The position numbers and the translations under genes are program-made. The notes under the pieces were generated by a model. That model worked only from the letters and a program-made list of their open reading frames with translations, made no database searches and was not told the DNA's origin. From Acidimicrobiales bacterium (GTDB lineage: Bacteria > Actinomycetota > Acidimicrobiia > Acidimicrobiales > VFJN01), in the NCBI GenBank assembly GCA_036275535.1, contig DASUDP010000012.1:24314-88313 (forward strand): a stretch of DNA of 64,000 nt, written 5' to 3'. Each line of letters begins with the position of its first letter. Within the stretch, counting starts at the first letter, position 1. This document shows, piece by piece, positions 37,268-50,050 of this stretch.

Positions 37268-38167
37268 TCAGCCGCCGCCCCGCGGGAGGACGACGGTGGG
37301 CTTGGCGCTGCCGCCACGGTGGGGCTCGTAGACGGCCAGGAGGGTGCCCGCCTCGTCGAGGACCGGCCAGGGCCCGGGACCGGTGACACCCAGCGCCTCG
37401 ATGGCCAGCACCTTGCCGAAGGCGACGTCGGCCGCGGTGGTGGCGTCGACCGTGACGGCCGGGAGGTCCCGCAGGGCGGCGGCAGGCGAGAGCAGCGCCT
37501 CGGGGCGGAGGGCGTCGAGGGGGACGGCCTGGTCCTCGGTGAAGGACCCGATGGCGGTCCGGCGCAGGTCCCGCAGATGGGCGCCGCCCCCGAGGGCGGT
37601 GCCGACGTCGGCCGCCAGCGAGCGGATGTAGGTGCCCGACGAGCACTCGACCTCGATCGGGAAGCAGCCGGGCGTCACGGCCTCCCCCACCTCGAAGCGG
37701 TGGACGGTCACCGGCCGGGCGGCCCGCTCGACCTCGATGCCCTCGCGCGCCAGCTCGTGGAGACGGCGGCCGTCCACCTGGATGGCCGAGACCATCGGAG
37801 GGACCTGGAGGATCTCACCGGTCAGCGCGGCCGCCGCCTCACGGACCTCGGCCACCGTGACCCCGGCCATGTCCCAGGTGCCGGTCACCTCCCCCGAGGC
37901 GTCGAGGGTGGAGGTGGCCGTGCCGAGCACGACGACACCGGTGTAGGTCTTCGAGGGGAGCCCGAGGAACCGGAGCAGGCGGGTCACCTTGCCCACGCCG
38001 AGCAGCAGCACACCCGTGGCGTCGGGGTCCAGGGTGCCGGAGTGGCCGACCTTGCGGGTGCCGAGGAGACCCCGGGCCTTGGCCACGACGTCGTGGCTGG
38101 TCCAGCCGGCCGCCTTGTCGACGACGGCCAGGCCGTCGGGGCCCCCGTGGCTGCTGCGGCGCCCCAC
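37268..38167 (-). CDS. truB: tRNA pseudouridine(55) synthase
   Basis: 299 aa. GHSGTLDPDATGVLLLGVG catalytic Asp motif. GTG start overlaps the rbfA stop by 1 nt. Confidence 0.93.
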   Translation of the reverse strand: MGRRSSHGGPDGLAVVDKAAGWTSHDVVAKARGLLGTRKVGHSGTLDPDATGVLLLGVGKVTRLLRFLGLPSKTYTGVVVLGTATSTLDASGEVTGTWDMAGVTVAEVREAAAALTGEILQVPPMVSAIQVDGRRLHELAREGIEVERAARPVTVHRFEVGEAVTPGCFPIEVECSSGTYIRSLAADVGTALGGGAHLRDLRRTAIGSFTEDQAVPLDALRPEALLSPAAALRDLPAVTVDATTAADVAFGKVLAIEALGVTGPGPWPVLDEAGTLLAVYEPHRGGSAKPTVVLPRGGG

Positions 38168-38544
38168 TACTCGTCGTCGTGCAGGGAGCGAATGACCTCT
38201 TCGAGCCTTGCCGCACCGCGGGCGACGTCGTCCGGCTTGAACACGAGCTCGGGCGTGCGCTTCACCCGGGCCTGGCGCCCGATGGCGCCCTGGAGGCGGT
38301 GGCGGACCTCCTCGAGGGCCTCCAGGACGACCTCGTCGTCTTCGGCTCCGCCGAGGCTGTCGTAGTACACGGTGGCGCGCCGGAGGTCGCCCTCCACATC
38401 CACGGACATGACCGTCACCATCTGGAGGCGGTCGTCGTCCACGAGCTCGAGCTCCTCGGCGAGGATCTCCTGGAAGAGCCGGTTCAGGCGGGCGGTGCGG
38501 GGGAAGTCGCGCGCGGTCGTGTGCCGGCGCGTGCGCTTGGTCAT
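38167..38544 (-). CDS. rbfA: ribosome-binding factor A
   Basis: 125 aa. RTARLNRLFQEILAEELE... GGGGAGG Shine-Dalgarno 5 nt before the ATG, directly after the infB TAA. Confidence 0.93.
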   Translation of the reverse strand: MTKRTRRHTTARDFPRTARLNRLFQEILAEELELVDDDRLQMVTVMSVDVEGDLRRATVYYDSLGGAEDDEVVLEALEEVRHRLQGAIGRQARVKRTPELVFKPDDVARGAARLEEVIRSLHDDE

Positions 38545-38556
38545 GTCAGCCTCCCC

Positions 38557-41403
<2,847 letters not shown>

Positions 41404-41551
41404 GTTCCTGGTTCAGTCCTTCGCGGTGGTCATCGTCGGGTGGTCGCAGTTCTGTGCCGGGCGCGGTGCGGCCCACCAAGCCACATCACGGCCGTCCATC
41501 CTCGCACGAACGCCACGGTCTGCACGATTCGGATGGCCGCACCCCCGGCGG

Positions 41552-41872
41552 TCAGCCGGCGAGATCCGGGCCGAGGGCCAAGACGACGTCGGATGACACG
41601 GGCGACCGCAACGCCCTCGAGACGGCGTTGCGGCGGGCTGCCTGTTGGAGGCACTCGAGCGACCCAGCGCACAGCCAAGCCCCTCGACCGGGCAGTGTAC
41701 GGCCGATCCGCAGGGTTCCGTCGGGGGTGCGGGCCAGCCGCACGAGCTCGCTCTGGGCGGCTCGGCGGCGGCACCCCACGCAGGTCCGGACCGGCGGCTG
41801 GCTACGCGTCGCCGCGCTCCTCCGTGTCGCCCTCGGCAGCCTCGGCGTCCGGGGCGCCCTCGGGCTCGTCAC
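41552..41872 (-). CDS. ylxR: YlxR-family (DUF448) RNA-binding protein; start uncertain
   Basis: RTCVGCRRRAAQSELVRLARTPDGTLRIGRTLPGRGAWLC is typical of YlxR, and the gene lies between nusA and infB. The only in-frame GTG upstream of the CVGC motif is at 41870-41872, 71 nt inside nusA. The track's start is 41938. Confidence 0.7.
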   Translation of the reverse strand: MTSPRAPRTPRLPRATRRSAATRSQPPVRTCVGCRRRAAQSELVRLARTPDGTLRIGRTLPGRGAWLCAGSLECLQQAARRNAVSRALRSPVSSDVVLALGPDLAG

Positions 41873-42974
41873 CGGCGTGGGCCCACTCCTCGGCGGACAG
41901 CGCAGGGCCGCCCTCGGCCGGCACCCAGACCTGCTCACCGGACTCCGGGTCCACGACCCACTCGCCCTGGGCCCACTCCTCGCCGGCGTAGGCCTCCTCG
42001 TCGGCCAGCTGCGTCTCGCTCTTGATGTCGACGCGCCAGCCCGTCAGACGAGCGGCCAGACGGGCGTTCTGGCCCTCCTTGCCGATGGCCAGGGAGAGCT
42101 GGAAGTCGGGGACGATGACGGTGGCGACACCGGTCTCCACGTCGATGCGGACCTCCTTCACCTTGGCCGGCGAGAGGGCCTTCATGACGAAGTCGTACGG
42201 GTCGTCGGAGAAGGGGACGATGTCGATCTTCTCGCCGTTCAGCTCGTTGACGACCTGGCGGACGCGAGCGCCGCGGGCGCCCACGCACGCACCGACGGGG
42301 TCGACGTTCGGGTCGTTCGACCAGACGGCGATCTTGGTGCGGTGACCGGGCTCCCGGGCGCAGGCCTTGAGCTCGACGACGCCGTCGGCGATCTCCGGAA
42401 CCTCGAGCTTGAAGAGCTCGAGGATCAGGCCGGGGTGGGTGCGGGACACCACGATCTGCGGGCCCTTGGCGGTGCGCCGGACCTCGACGATGTAGGCCTT
42501 GAGCCGGGTGTTCGGCACCGGCCGCTCGTAGGGCACCTGCTCGGCCTGGGGCAGCAGGGCCTCGACGCGACCGAGGTCGAGCAGCGTGTAGCGGCTATCG
42601 GTCTGCTGGATGATGCCGGTGACGATGTCCCCCTCGCGTCCGGCGTACTCCTCGTACTTGAGCTCGCGCTCGGCCTCCCGGATGCGCTGGGTCATGACCT
42701 GGCGCGCCGTCATGGCGGCGATGCGGCCGAAGTCGTCCGGGGTGACGTCGAGCTCGGGGCCGTAGGGCTCCCCGTCCTCGTCGATCTCCTGCGCGAAGAC
42801 CCGGATCTCGAAGGTCGAGGGGTCGATGGTGACCCACGCGTACTCCTTGGCATTGGGCATGCGCTTGTAGGCCGACTCGAGTGCATCGGCCAACGCCCCC
42901 AGGAGGGTGTCGACGGAGATCCCGCGGTCCTGGGCCAGGGCGACCAGGGCCTCGCCCATGTCGAGGTTGCTCAT
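41802..42974 (-). CDS. nusA: transcription termination/antitermination factor NusA (acidic C-terminal tail)
   Basis: ORF 41802..43493 trimmed to ATG 42972-42974 (MSNLDMGEALVALAQDRGISVD...). S1 domain and two KH domains (SLAIGKEGQNARLAARLTGWRVDI). Confidence 0.96.
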   Translation of the reverse strand: MSNLDMGEALVALAQDRGISVDTLLGALADALESAYKRMPNAKEYAWVTIDPSTFEIRVFAQEIDEDGEPYGPELDVTPDDFGRIAAMTARQVMTQRIREAERELKYEEYAGREGDIVTGIIQQTDSRYTLLDLGRVEALLPQAEQVPYERPVPNTRLKAYIVEVRRTAKGPQIVVSRTHPGLILELFKLEVPEIADGVVELKACAREPGHRTKIAVWSNDPNVDPVGACVGARGARVRQVVNELNGEKIDIVPFSDDPYDFVMKALSPAKVKEVRIDVETGVATVIVPDFQLSLAIGKEGQNARLAARLTGWRVDIKSETQLADEEAYAGEEWAQGEWVVDPESGEQVWVPAEGGPALSAEEWAHAGDEPEGAPDAEAAEGDTEERGDA

Positions 42975-42976
42975 GG

Positions 42977-43450
42977 CTAGCTCTTCCTCTCTCGCTTGGC
43001 GGCGCCGCCCCACTCGAAGGTGGTGCGGGCGCGCTCGATGTCGTCGCACCGCAGGGTGCGCGTGGTGCCGTCGGGCAGGGCGAAGGTGACGGCGTCGTCC
43101 TCGACGGAGGTGACCGTGCCCTCGAGGCGGCGGTCGCCCTCGGTGCCGGGCCGGGTCTTCACCTTGACGGTGCGGCCGACGGCCCGGACGAAGTGGGCCG
43201 GGGTGCGCAGGGGACGCTCGAGCCCGGGGGTGCTGACCTCGAGCGTGTAGTGGCCGTCGATCGGATCGTGCTCGTCGAGGGCGCGGGAGATCTGGCGGGA
43301 CACCGTGGCGATCTCGTCGATGCCGGCGCCCCCCTCCCTGTCCACCAGGATCTGCAGGGTGCCGCCGGCCAGCTCGAGGTCGTAGAGGTCGAGGCCGGCG
43401 GCGTCCAGGATGGGCAGGACGAGCGCCTGGACGCGGTCCGCAGTGCTCAC
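42977..43450 (-). CDS. rimP: ribosome maturation factor RimP
   Basis: ORF 42977..43528 trimmed to GTG 43448-43450, with a GGAGG 11 nt upstream. YTLEVSTPGLERPL motif. Confidence 0.9.
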   Translation of the reverse strand: MSTADRVQALVLPILDAAGLDLYDLELAGGTLQILVDREGGAGIDEIATVSRQISRALDEHDPIDGHYTLEVSTPGLERPLRTPAHFVRAVGRTVKVKTRPGTEGDRRLEGTVTSVEDDAVTFALPDGTTRTLRCDDIERARTTFEWGGAAKRERKS

Positions 43451-43578
43451 GACGACGCTCACCTCCTCTGGTGCATCTGGGCTGACATGGCAACGGCGCG
43501 GGCCGGAGCCCACGCCGTTCACGAGCACGAACGATCGAACAGGGCGGGAACTCTACCAGCGCCGGGGCTGGATCGCCT

Positions 43579-43597
43579 CTCGGCCGCGGGGGCCGAG
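43579..43597 (-). terminator. hairpin 1 nt after proS stop (terminator candidate)
   Basis: CTCGGCC-gcggg-GGCCGAG on the plus strand. 7-bp stem and 5-nt loop, with no U-tract. Confidence 0.45.
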
Positions 43598-43598
43598 G

Positions 43599-45011
43599 TC
43601 AGTAGCTGCGGGCGACGTAGGCCACGAGGTCGGGCTCCTCGTCGCTGTCGGGCAGCTCACCGTCGGCTCGCTGGATGCAGCGCACGGTGATGCCGTCCTG
43701 GGCGAGACGGGCCTCGCCGGCGTCCTTGACGAGGTCCCAGGCGATCTTGGCGAAGCCGACCTTGCCCGCCTCGACCGCCTCGTCGAGCGAGGCCGTCTCC
43801 ACGGTGCGGTCGTCGCGGCGCTGGGTGGCGGTGGCCAGCATCTCCGACTGGATCAGGGGCAAGAGGTTCTCCACCCGGTGCGCCACCTCCCCGACCGGGA
43901 CCGTGCGCTTGTCGCCCGTGTCCCGGCGGACGATCGTGACGTTGCCCTCCTTGAGGTCACGGGGGCCAACCTCGATGCGCACGGGCACGCCCTTCAGCTC
44001 CCAGTCGGTGGCCCGCCGGCCGAAGCTGGTGGCCACCTGGGCGTCGAGCCGCACCTTGACCCCCGCGCCCTTGAGCTCGGCAGCCAGCGTCGCGGCGGCA
44101 TCGCCGGCACCCTCCTCGTCGCGCACCAGCAGGACCACGACCTGGATGGGCGCCAGCGCAGGGGGCACCACCAGGCCCTGGTCGTCGCCGTGGGCCATGA
44201 TCAGCCCGCCCACCATGCGGGTCGAGGTGCCCCACGAGGTCGTCCAGGCCAGCTGGGTGTCGCCGTTGGCGTCGAGGTAGCTGATGTCGAACACCTTGGC
44301 GAAGTTCTGGCCGAGGTCGTGGCTGGTGCCCATCTGGAGAGCCTTCCCGTCGCCCATCATCGCCTCGCAGGTGAGGGTGTTGATGGCGCCGGGGAAGCGC
44401 TCGGCCGCGGTCTTGCGGCCGGGCAGGACCGGGATGGCGAGCACGTTCACCATGAAGTCGGTGTAGACGTCGCGCAGGATCTGCTTGGCGTAGGCGTCGC
44501 TGTCCTCGGCGGTGGCGTGGGCCGTGTGCCCCTCCTGCCAGAGGAACTCGGTGGTGCGCAGGAACAGCCGGGGCCGGAGCTCCCAGCGCACCACGTTGTT
44601 CCACAGGTTGAGCAGCAGCGGCAGGTCCCGGTAGCTCTGGATCCACTTGCCCATGTACTCGCCGATGACGGTCTCGCTGGTGGGGCGGACGACGAGGGGC
44701 TCCTCGAGGTCCTTGCCCCCGGCGTGGGTGACGACGGCCAGCTCAGGGCTGAAGCCCTCGACGTGCTCGGCCTCCCGGGTGAGGTAGCTCTGCGGGATGA
44801 AGAGAGGGAAGGCGCAGTTGTCGGCCCCTGCCTCCTTGATGCGGAGGTCCTCTTCCGCCTGCATCCGCTCCCAGAGGGCGTACCCGTAGGGGCGCACCAC
44901 CATCGTGCCCCGGGCCGGGCCGTTGTCGGCCAGCTCCGCCTTGGCGACGACGTCCTGGTACCAGCGAGGGAAGTCCTCCGCCTGGGGGGTGAGGATGGGG
45001 GCCTTTGCCAT
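43599..45011 (-). CDS. proS: proline--tRNA ligase, short archaeal/eukaryote-like type
   Basis: 470 aa. N-terminus AEDFPRWYQDVVAKAELADNGPARGTMVVRPYGYALWE is typical of the short ProRS form, which lacks the bacterial insertion (editing) domain. Confidence 0.95.
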   Translation of the reverse strand: MAKAPILTPQAEDFPRWYQDVVAKAELADNGPARGTMVVRPYGYALWERMQAEEDLRIKEAGADNCAFPLFIPQSYLTREAEHVEGFSPELAVVTHAGGKDLEEPLVVRPTSETVIGEYMGKWIQSYRDLPLLLNLWNNVVRWELRPRLFLRTTEFLWQEGHTAHATAEDSDAYAKQILRDVYTDFMVNVLAIPVLPGRKTAAERFPGAINTLTCEAMMGDGKALQMGTSHDLGQNFAKVFDISYLDANGDTQLAWTTSWGTSTRMVGGLIMAHGDDQGLVVPPALAPIQVVVLLVRDEEGAGDAAATLAAELKGAGVKVRLDAQVATSFGRRATDWELKGVPVRIEVGPRDLKEGNVTIVRRDTGDKRTVPVGEVAHRVENLLPLIQSEMLATATQRRDDRTVETASLDEAVEAGKVGFAKIAWDLVKDAGEARLAQDGITVRCIQRADGELPDSDEEPDLVAYVARSY

Positions 45012-45054
45012 AGTGCGTCGACTGTAGGCGGCAGCCGCCGCGGGCCTCGAAGGG

Positions 45055-46287
45055 CTACTGGTCGAGGTGCTTGTGGATCAGCTCGACCCGCTGCTCGGAG
45101 GCGTTGGCGTCGGCGCCCTTCTCCTCGAGGAGGGCGGCCCGGTCCTTCTCGGCCTCGCGGGTGGCCTTCTCGACGTCGGCCCGGGCCATGGCGGCGTCGA
45201 TCCCCTGCTCGTGGATCAGCTCGGCCCACTCCACGAGGGTGGCGACCATCTCGTCCTCGGGGACGACCGCGACGTTGCGGCCCTTCACGAACAGGTGGCC
45301 GCGCTTGTTGCCCGCGGCGATGCCGATGTCCGCGTCGCGCGCCTCGCCGGGCCCGTTGACGACGCAGCCCATGACGGCCACCTGGAGGGGGATCTCCCGG
45401 TCGCCGAAGGCCTCCATGGCCTCCTTGGCGACGGCGATGACGTCGATCTCGGCCCGGCCGCAGCTCGGGCAGGCGATGAGGTCGACGTTCTTGCGCTCCC
45501 GCAGGCCCATCGCCTCGAGCAGCTGGCGGCCGGCCCGCGCCTCTTCGACGGGGTCGGCGGTGAGGCTGTAGCGGATCGTGTCGCCGATGCCCTCGGCCAG
45601 CAGCGTGGCGATGCCAGCGGTGGCCTTGACGAGCCCGGCCGGGGGCGGGCCGGCCTCGGTGACGCCGAGGTGGAGGGGGAAGTCCACGGTGTCGGCCAGG
45701 AGGCGGTAGGCCTCGATCATGAGCGGCACCGACGACGCCTTCACGGAGATCTTCACGTCCTCGAAGCCGACCTCGCGGAAGTAGGCCAGCTCCTGCTCGG
45801 CCGACTCGACCATGGCCTCAGGGGTGACCCGCCCGCCGTGCTTCTCGTAGAGCTTTGGGTCGAGGCTGCCGCCGTTCACCCCGATGCGGATCGGGATGCC
45901 GCGGTCCTTGCACTCCTGGGCGACGAGCTTGATGTGCTCGGGCTTGCGGATGTTGCCCGGGTTGAGGCGCAGGCATTGGACCCCGGCGTCGAGGGCGGCC
46001 AGGGCCATCCGGTACTGGTGGTGGATGTCGGCCACGATCGGCACCGGCGAGCGGGGCACGATGCGGGCCAGCCCCTCAGCCGCCTCTACCTCGTTGCAGG
46101 TGCAGCGCACGATGTCGGCCCCCGCCGCGGCCAGCGCGTAGATCTGCTGGAGCGTGCCCTCGACGTCGGCCGTCTTGGTGACCGTCATCGACTGCACGGT
46201 GATGGGCGCGCCTCCGCCGACGGGCACCGACCCGACCATCACCTGGCGGGTCTGGCGGCGGGGGTAGGAGGACTGGCCGATCTCCAC
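45055..46287 (-). CDS. ispG: 4-hydroxy-3-methylbut-2-en-1-yl diphosphate synthase
   Basis: 410 aa. APITVQSMT, CPSCGR and a VMGCVVNGPGE Fe-S motif. Confidence 0.96.
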   Translation of the reverse strand: MEIGQSSYPRRQTRQVMVGSVPVGGGAPITVQSMTVTKTADVEGTLQQIYALAAAGADIVRCTCNEVEAAEGLARIVPRSPVPIVADIHHQYRMALAALDAGVQCLRLNPGNIRKPEHIKLVAQECKDRGIPIRIGVNGGSLDPKLYEKHGGRVTPEAMVESAEQELAYFREVGFEDVKISVKASSVPLMIEAYRLLADTVDFPLHLGVTEAGPPPAGLVKATAGIATLLAEGIGDTIRYSLTADPVEEARAGRQLLEAMGLRERKNVDLIACPSCGRAEIDVIAVAKEAMEAFGDREIPLQVAVMGCVVNGPGEARDADIGIAAGNKRGHLFVKGRNVAVVPEDEMVATLVEWAELIHEQGIDAAMARADVEKATREAEKDRAALLEEKGADANASEQRVELIHKHLDQ

Positions 46288-46291
46288 GCCG

Positions 46292-47677
46292 CTACCCCAA
46301 CCCGATCGGGTCGACGATGTCGAGGTAGATCGACGACACCCCGATCAGGACGAGGAACATGAACACGGCGTAGGTGAGGGGCAGGAGCCGCGAGACGTCG
46401 GCCATGTGCCGGCGGCCACCGATCGAGCGGATGCGCTCGTAGGTGGCGATGGCGGCGTGGCCGCCGTCGAGGGGGAGCAGCGGGATCATGTTGAGCACAC
46501 CGATCGAGATGTTCACGAAGGCGAGGAGGAGCAGGAAGCCGGCCATGCCGTCCTCGCTCATGTCCGCCCCGAGGCGGGCCACCCCGTAGATCGACACGAG
46601 GCGGTTCTCGTCACCCTTGTCGGCTGTCCTCGAGCCGCCGGTGCCGGGTCCGACGCCCGAGGTCCCGGAGGAGGAGGTCTCGTCGTTCCGGCCTCCCTCG
46701 ACGACGGTCGAGGCGAAGTCGCCCACGCCGCCCGTGAAGAACCCGAAGAGGTTCACCACCGTGGCCTTGATCGTCGAGCCCGTGTACTCGCCGGCCACCA
46801 GGAGCGACCGGACCGGGCTCCCGGTGACGTCGGCGGCGTCGGGGTAGTCGCCGCCGATGCCGAGGAAGCCGAGGTCGTGGTCGTCCGGTCGGCGACCGAT
46901 GGTGGCCTGCAGCTCGACGGGCCGGCCGTCGCGCTCCACCACGAGGCGGAGGGTGTCACCAGGGCGGTCGACCACGAGCGGCCCGACGTCCTCGAACGTG
47001 TCGACGGCGTGGCCGTCGATGCTGACGAGGTGGTCGCCCTTCTGGACCCCGGCTGCCTCGGCGGCGGAGTCGGGCGTGACGTTGCCGATGACCCAGTCGG
47101 ACTCGTCGTAGGTCTGGCCGAGGCGCTGGGCCTCGTCGGTGTAGGCGGGCACGCCCATCAGCGCGAACACCACGAAGAACAGGACGAAGGCTTGCAGCAC
47201 GTGCATGATCGACCCGCCGGAGACGGTCAGCAGGCGCTTGGGGTACGACTGCTGCCGGTAGGTGCGGGGCTCGTCGGCCGGGTCGACCTCGTCGAGGTTG
47301 TTCATCCCGATGATGCGCACGTAGGCGCCCACCGGGATCAGCTTGATGCCGTACTCGGTCTCGCCGCGGCGGAACGACCAGATCTTGGGGCCGAAGAAGA
47401 GGAAGAACTCCGTGACCTTCATCCCCGACCACTTCGCGGCCAAGTAGTGGCCGAGCTCGTGGAGGAAGATCATCACGGTCAGCGCCGCGATGATGATCAG
47501 GTACCCCTTGCCCGCCCACAGGCCGAAGCCCACCGTGGCGGCGATGACCAGCCCCAGCCGCAGGGGGCCGCCGGCGATCTCGCCTCGGGGTTCGGACCCC
47601 CCGGCGGCGCCCGTCATGCGAGCCGACACCGGCGGGGGCGGCGGCGGATCGCTGTCGGGGGTCCGGATGTCGGTCAC
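46292..47677 (-). CDS. rseP: M50 site-2 (RIP) zinc metalloprotease
   Basis: 461 aa. HELGHY (HExxH) in TM1, a central PDZ-like region and C-terminal NxxPxxPLDGG. GTG start overlaps the dxr stop. Confidence 0.9.
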   Translation of the reverse strand: MTDIRTPDSDPPPPPPVSARMTGAAGGSEPRGEIAGGPLRLGLVIAATVGFGLWAGKGYLIIIAALTVMIFLHELGHYLAAKWSGMKVTEFFLFFGPKIWSFRRGETEYGIKLIPVGAYVRIIGMNNLDEVDPADEPRTYRQQSYPKRLLTVSGGSIMHVLQAFVLFFVVFALMGVPAYTDEAQRLGQTYDESDWVIGNVTPDSAAEAAGVQKGDHLVSIDGHAVDTFEDVGPLVVDRPGDTLRLVVERDGRPVELQATIGRRPDDHDLGFLGIGGDYPDAADVTGSPVRSLLVAGEYTGSTIKATVVNLFGFFTGGVGDFASTVVEGGRNDETSSSGTSGVGPGTGGSRTADKGDENRLVSIYGVARLGADMSEDGMAGFLLLLAFVNISIGVLNMIPLLPLDGGHAAIATYERIRSIGGRRHMADVSRLLPLTYAVFMFLVLIGVSSIYLDIVDPIGLG

Positions 47678-48849
47678 GGGCGGGGCCTCTCGTCGATGGC
47701 CGCTCTGGCCGCAGCGCGACCTCGGCGATCCGCGTCGATCACGGCGTCGACGCTCTCGGCAACCGCTCCATCATGCCGGTCCAGGACCGCGTTCAGTACG
47801 TCGGGGATGGCGGTCCACGCGATCTCTCCGTCCAGGAAGGCCGCCACCGCCACCTCGTTGGCAGCGTTGAGGGTGGCCGGGGCCAACTCCCCGGCCCGGC
47901 CCGCCTCGTAGGCCAGGCGCAGGCACGGGAACGCGTCGAGGTCCGGCGGCTCGAAGTCGAGGCGCGCCAGCTGCGCCCAGTCGATGCGACCGAAGGCCGT
48001 GCCGACCCGGCTGGGGTAGGCCAGCGCGTAGGCGATGGGCAGGCGCATGTCGGGCAGCGACAGCTGGGCGATCGTGGCGCCGTCGGTCAGCTCGACCATG
48101 GAGTGCACGATCGACTGCGGGTGGACCACCACCTCGATGCGGTCGTAGCCCACCCCGAACAGCTCGTGGGCCTCGATGACCTCGAGGCCCTTGTTCATGA
48201 GGGTGGAGGAGTCCACCGTGATCTTGGGACCCATCGACCACGTCGGGTGGGCCAGCGCGTCCTCGACCGTGACCGCCTCCAGCTCGGCCCGCGAGCGCCC
48301 CCGGAAGGGCCCGCCGGAGGCCGTCAGCACGATGCGCGAGACCCACTCCCCCGCCCGGGCCGCCGCGTCCTGGGCCCGGAGGCACTGGTGGACGGCGCAG
48401 TGCTCGCTGTCGACGGGCACGAGCTCCCCGGCGCCGGGCCTCTCACGGACTCGGCGCACGACCGGCCCGCCGGCGATGAGCGACTCCTTGTTGGCCAGCG
48501 CCAGGCGCCGACCCGCCTCGAGCGTGGCCAGCGTGACCCCGAGGCCGGCGAAGCCGACGACGCCGTTGACGCAGACGTCGGCGACCGTCGCGATCTGGGC
48601 CAGGGCGTCGGGACCCGCCAGCACCTCGGTGCCGGGTGGGACCGCCGCGTCGAGCTCCGGGGCCAGCGAGGCGTCCCCGATGGCGACCACCTTGGGCGAC
48701 CAGCGCCGGGCCTGCTCGGCCAGCGCCGCCACCGACGAGCCGGCCCCCAGGGCCACCACCTCGAAGCGGTCCGGCTCCGCCGCGACGACGTCGAGGGTCT
48801 GGGTGCCGATCGAGCCCGTGGAGCCGGCGATCGAGACCGTGGTGACCAT
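47674..48849 (-). CDS. dxr: 1-deoxy-D-xylulose-5-phosphate reductoisomerase
   Basis: 391 aa. GSTGSIGTQTLDV N-terminus, LANKESL and DSEH motifs. Confidence 0.96.
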   Translation of the reverse strand: MVTTVSIAGSTGSIGTQTLDVVAAEPDRFEVVALGAGSSVAALAEQARRWSPKVVAIGDASLAPELDAAVPPGTEVLAGPDALAQIATVADVCVNGVVGFAGLGVTLATLEAGRRLALANKESLIAGGPVVRRVRERPGAGELVPVDSEHCAVHQCLRAQDAAARAGEWVSRIVLTASGGPFRGRSRAELEAVTVEDALAHPTWSMGPKITVDSSTLMNKGLEVIEAHELFGVGYDRIEVVVHPQSIVHSMVELTDGATIAQLSLPDMRLPIAYALAYPSRVGTAFGRIDWAQLARLDFEPPDLDAFPCLRLAYEAGRAGELAPATLNAANEVAVAAFLDGEIAWTAIPDVLNAVLDRHDGAVAESVDAVIDADRRGRAAARAAIDERPRP

Positions 48850-49001
48850 CGCTCCAGGCTACCGGCGCTCTGCGGCCGGGCCCCGCCCCGGCGGAGCAGG
48901 CATCGAACGGCGCGAACAGGGCTCTTCACGCACGAGATCCCACGAAAGGGCTACACCCGAACGTGCTTCGCGTCGATGAGCCCTGCGTGCGGGAGGAACC
49001 G

Positions 49002-49975
49002 ATGGGTGTGACCGAAGCGACTCCTGGGGCTCGATCCGCGTGGCAGGCCTCGGCCGCCGCGCTGGGCGTGGCGACCATCGTCGTCATGGCGGGCTGGGGC
49101 GGCCCGAGAACCGGCACCGCGGTGGCCGACCTGGCCGCCGTGGTCACCGCGCTCGGCGGAGCTGCGGTGCTGCTGCGGGCCAGCAACCGACCGGGTCGGA
49201 CGACGGCCCGCTGGCGGCTGCTCGGCGTGGCCATGGTGCTCTGGGGCGCCGGCGAGGTGCTGTGGAGCTGGGACGAGGTGGTGCTCGGCCGGGAGGTCCC
49301 CTTCCCGTCGCTGGCCGACGTGGCCTACCTCGGGGCGGTCCCGTTCGCCGTAGCGGGGCTCCTCGCCTTCGCTCGGGGTACGAGGGCCCGGATCCGGGTC
49401 CGGACCGTCCTCGACGGCTGTCTGGTCGCCAGCTCCCTGCTCTTCATCACCTGGGCTCTGGTGCTCGGCCCCGTGTGGCGCAGCGACGCCGGCAGCCCGT
49501 GGGCCAACGCCATCAGCGTGGCCTACCCGGTGACCGACCTCGTGCTCGTCGTCCTGGCCCTCGTGCTCGTCCAGTGGAGCGCGACGGGACAGCGCGCTGC
49601 CCTGCACACGGCGGCCTCGGGGCTGGTCGTCATGGCCGTCACCGACTCCGCGTTCACGTGGCTGACCAACGCCGGCACCTACTCGAGCACCAACCCCATC
49701 ACGATGCTCTGGCCCGCCTCGGCGGTGACGAGTTCGTCGTGCTGGTGGAGGCCGGCTACGACGTGGCCCTGAGCGTGGCTCGCGACATCCTGCGCGCCTT
49801 CGAGCGGCCCTTCCACCACGAGGGCGAGGACGTGCCCTTCCGGGCGAGCCTCGGGGTCGCCGCCGCTCCCTGCGGCTCCGGCCCCGAAGAGGCCGTCCGC
49901 CGAGCCGACGCCGCCATGTACGTGGCCAAGGCGGCCGGCAAGGGCCGAGCGGTGGCCTACCCGGACGAAGACCTC
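49002..49975 (+). pseudogene. disrupted membrane-anchored diguanylate cyclase (GGDEF) remnant
   Basis: Frame A runs from ATG 49002 (GGGAGGA Shine-Dalgarno) to TGA 49772 and encodes about 7 TM segments. From about 49700 a different frame reads ALARLGGDEFVVLVE...AMYVAKAAGKGRAVAY, which is only the C-terminal half of a GGDEF domain. The N-terminal half is absent in all frames I read. The second frame has no stop until it is about 320 nt inside the convergent cdsA. Confidence 0.6.
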
Positions 49976-50050
49976 GTGGAGCGCCCCGTTGGGGGTGGCG
50001 CTGGCCGACGAGCGGCCGCCCCAGCGGCCGGCGGCGCGGCGTCGGACGGG

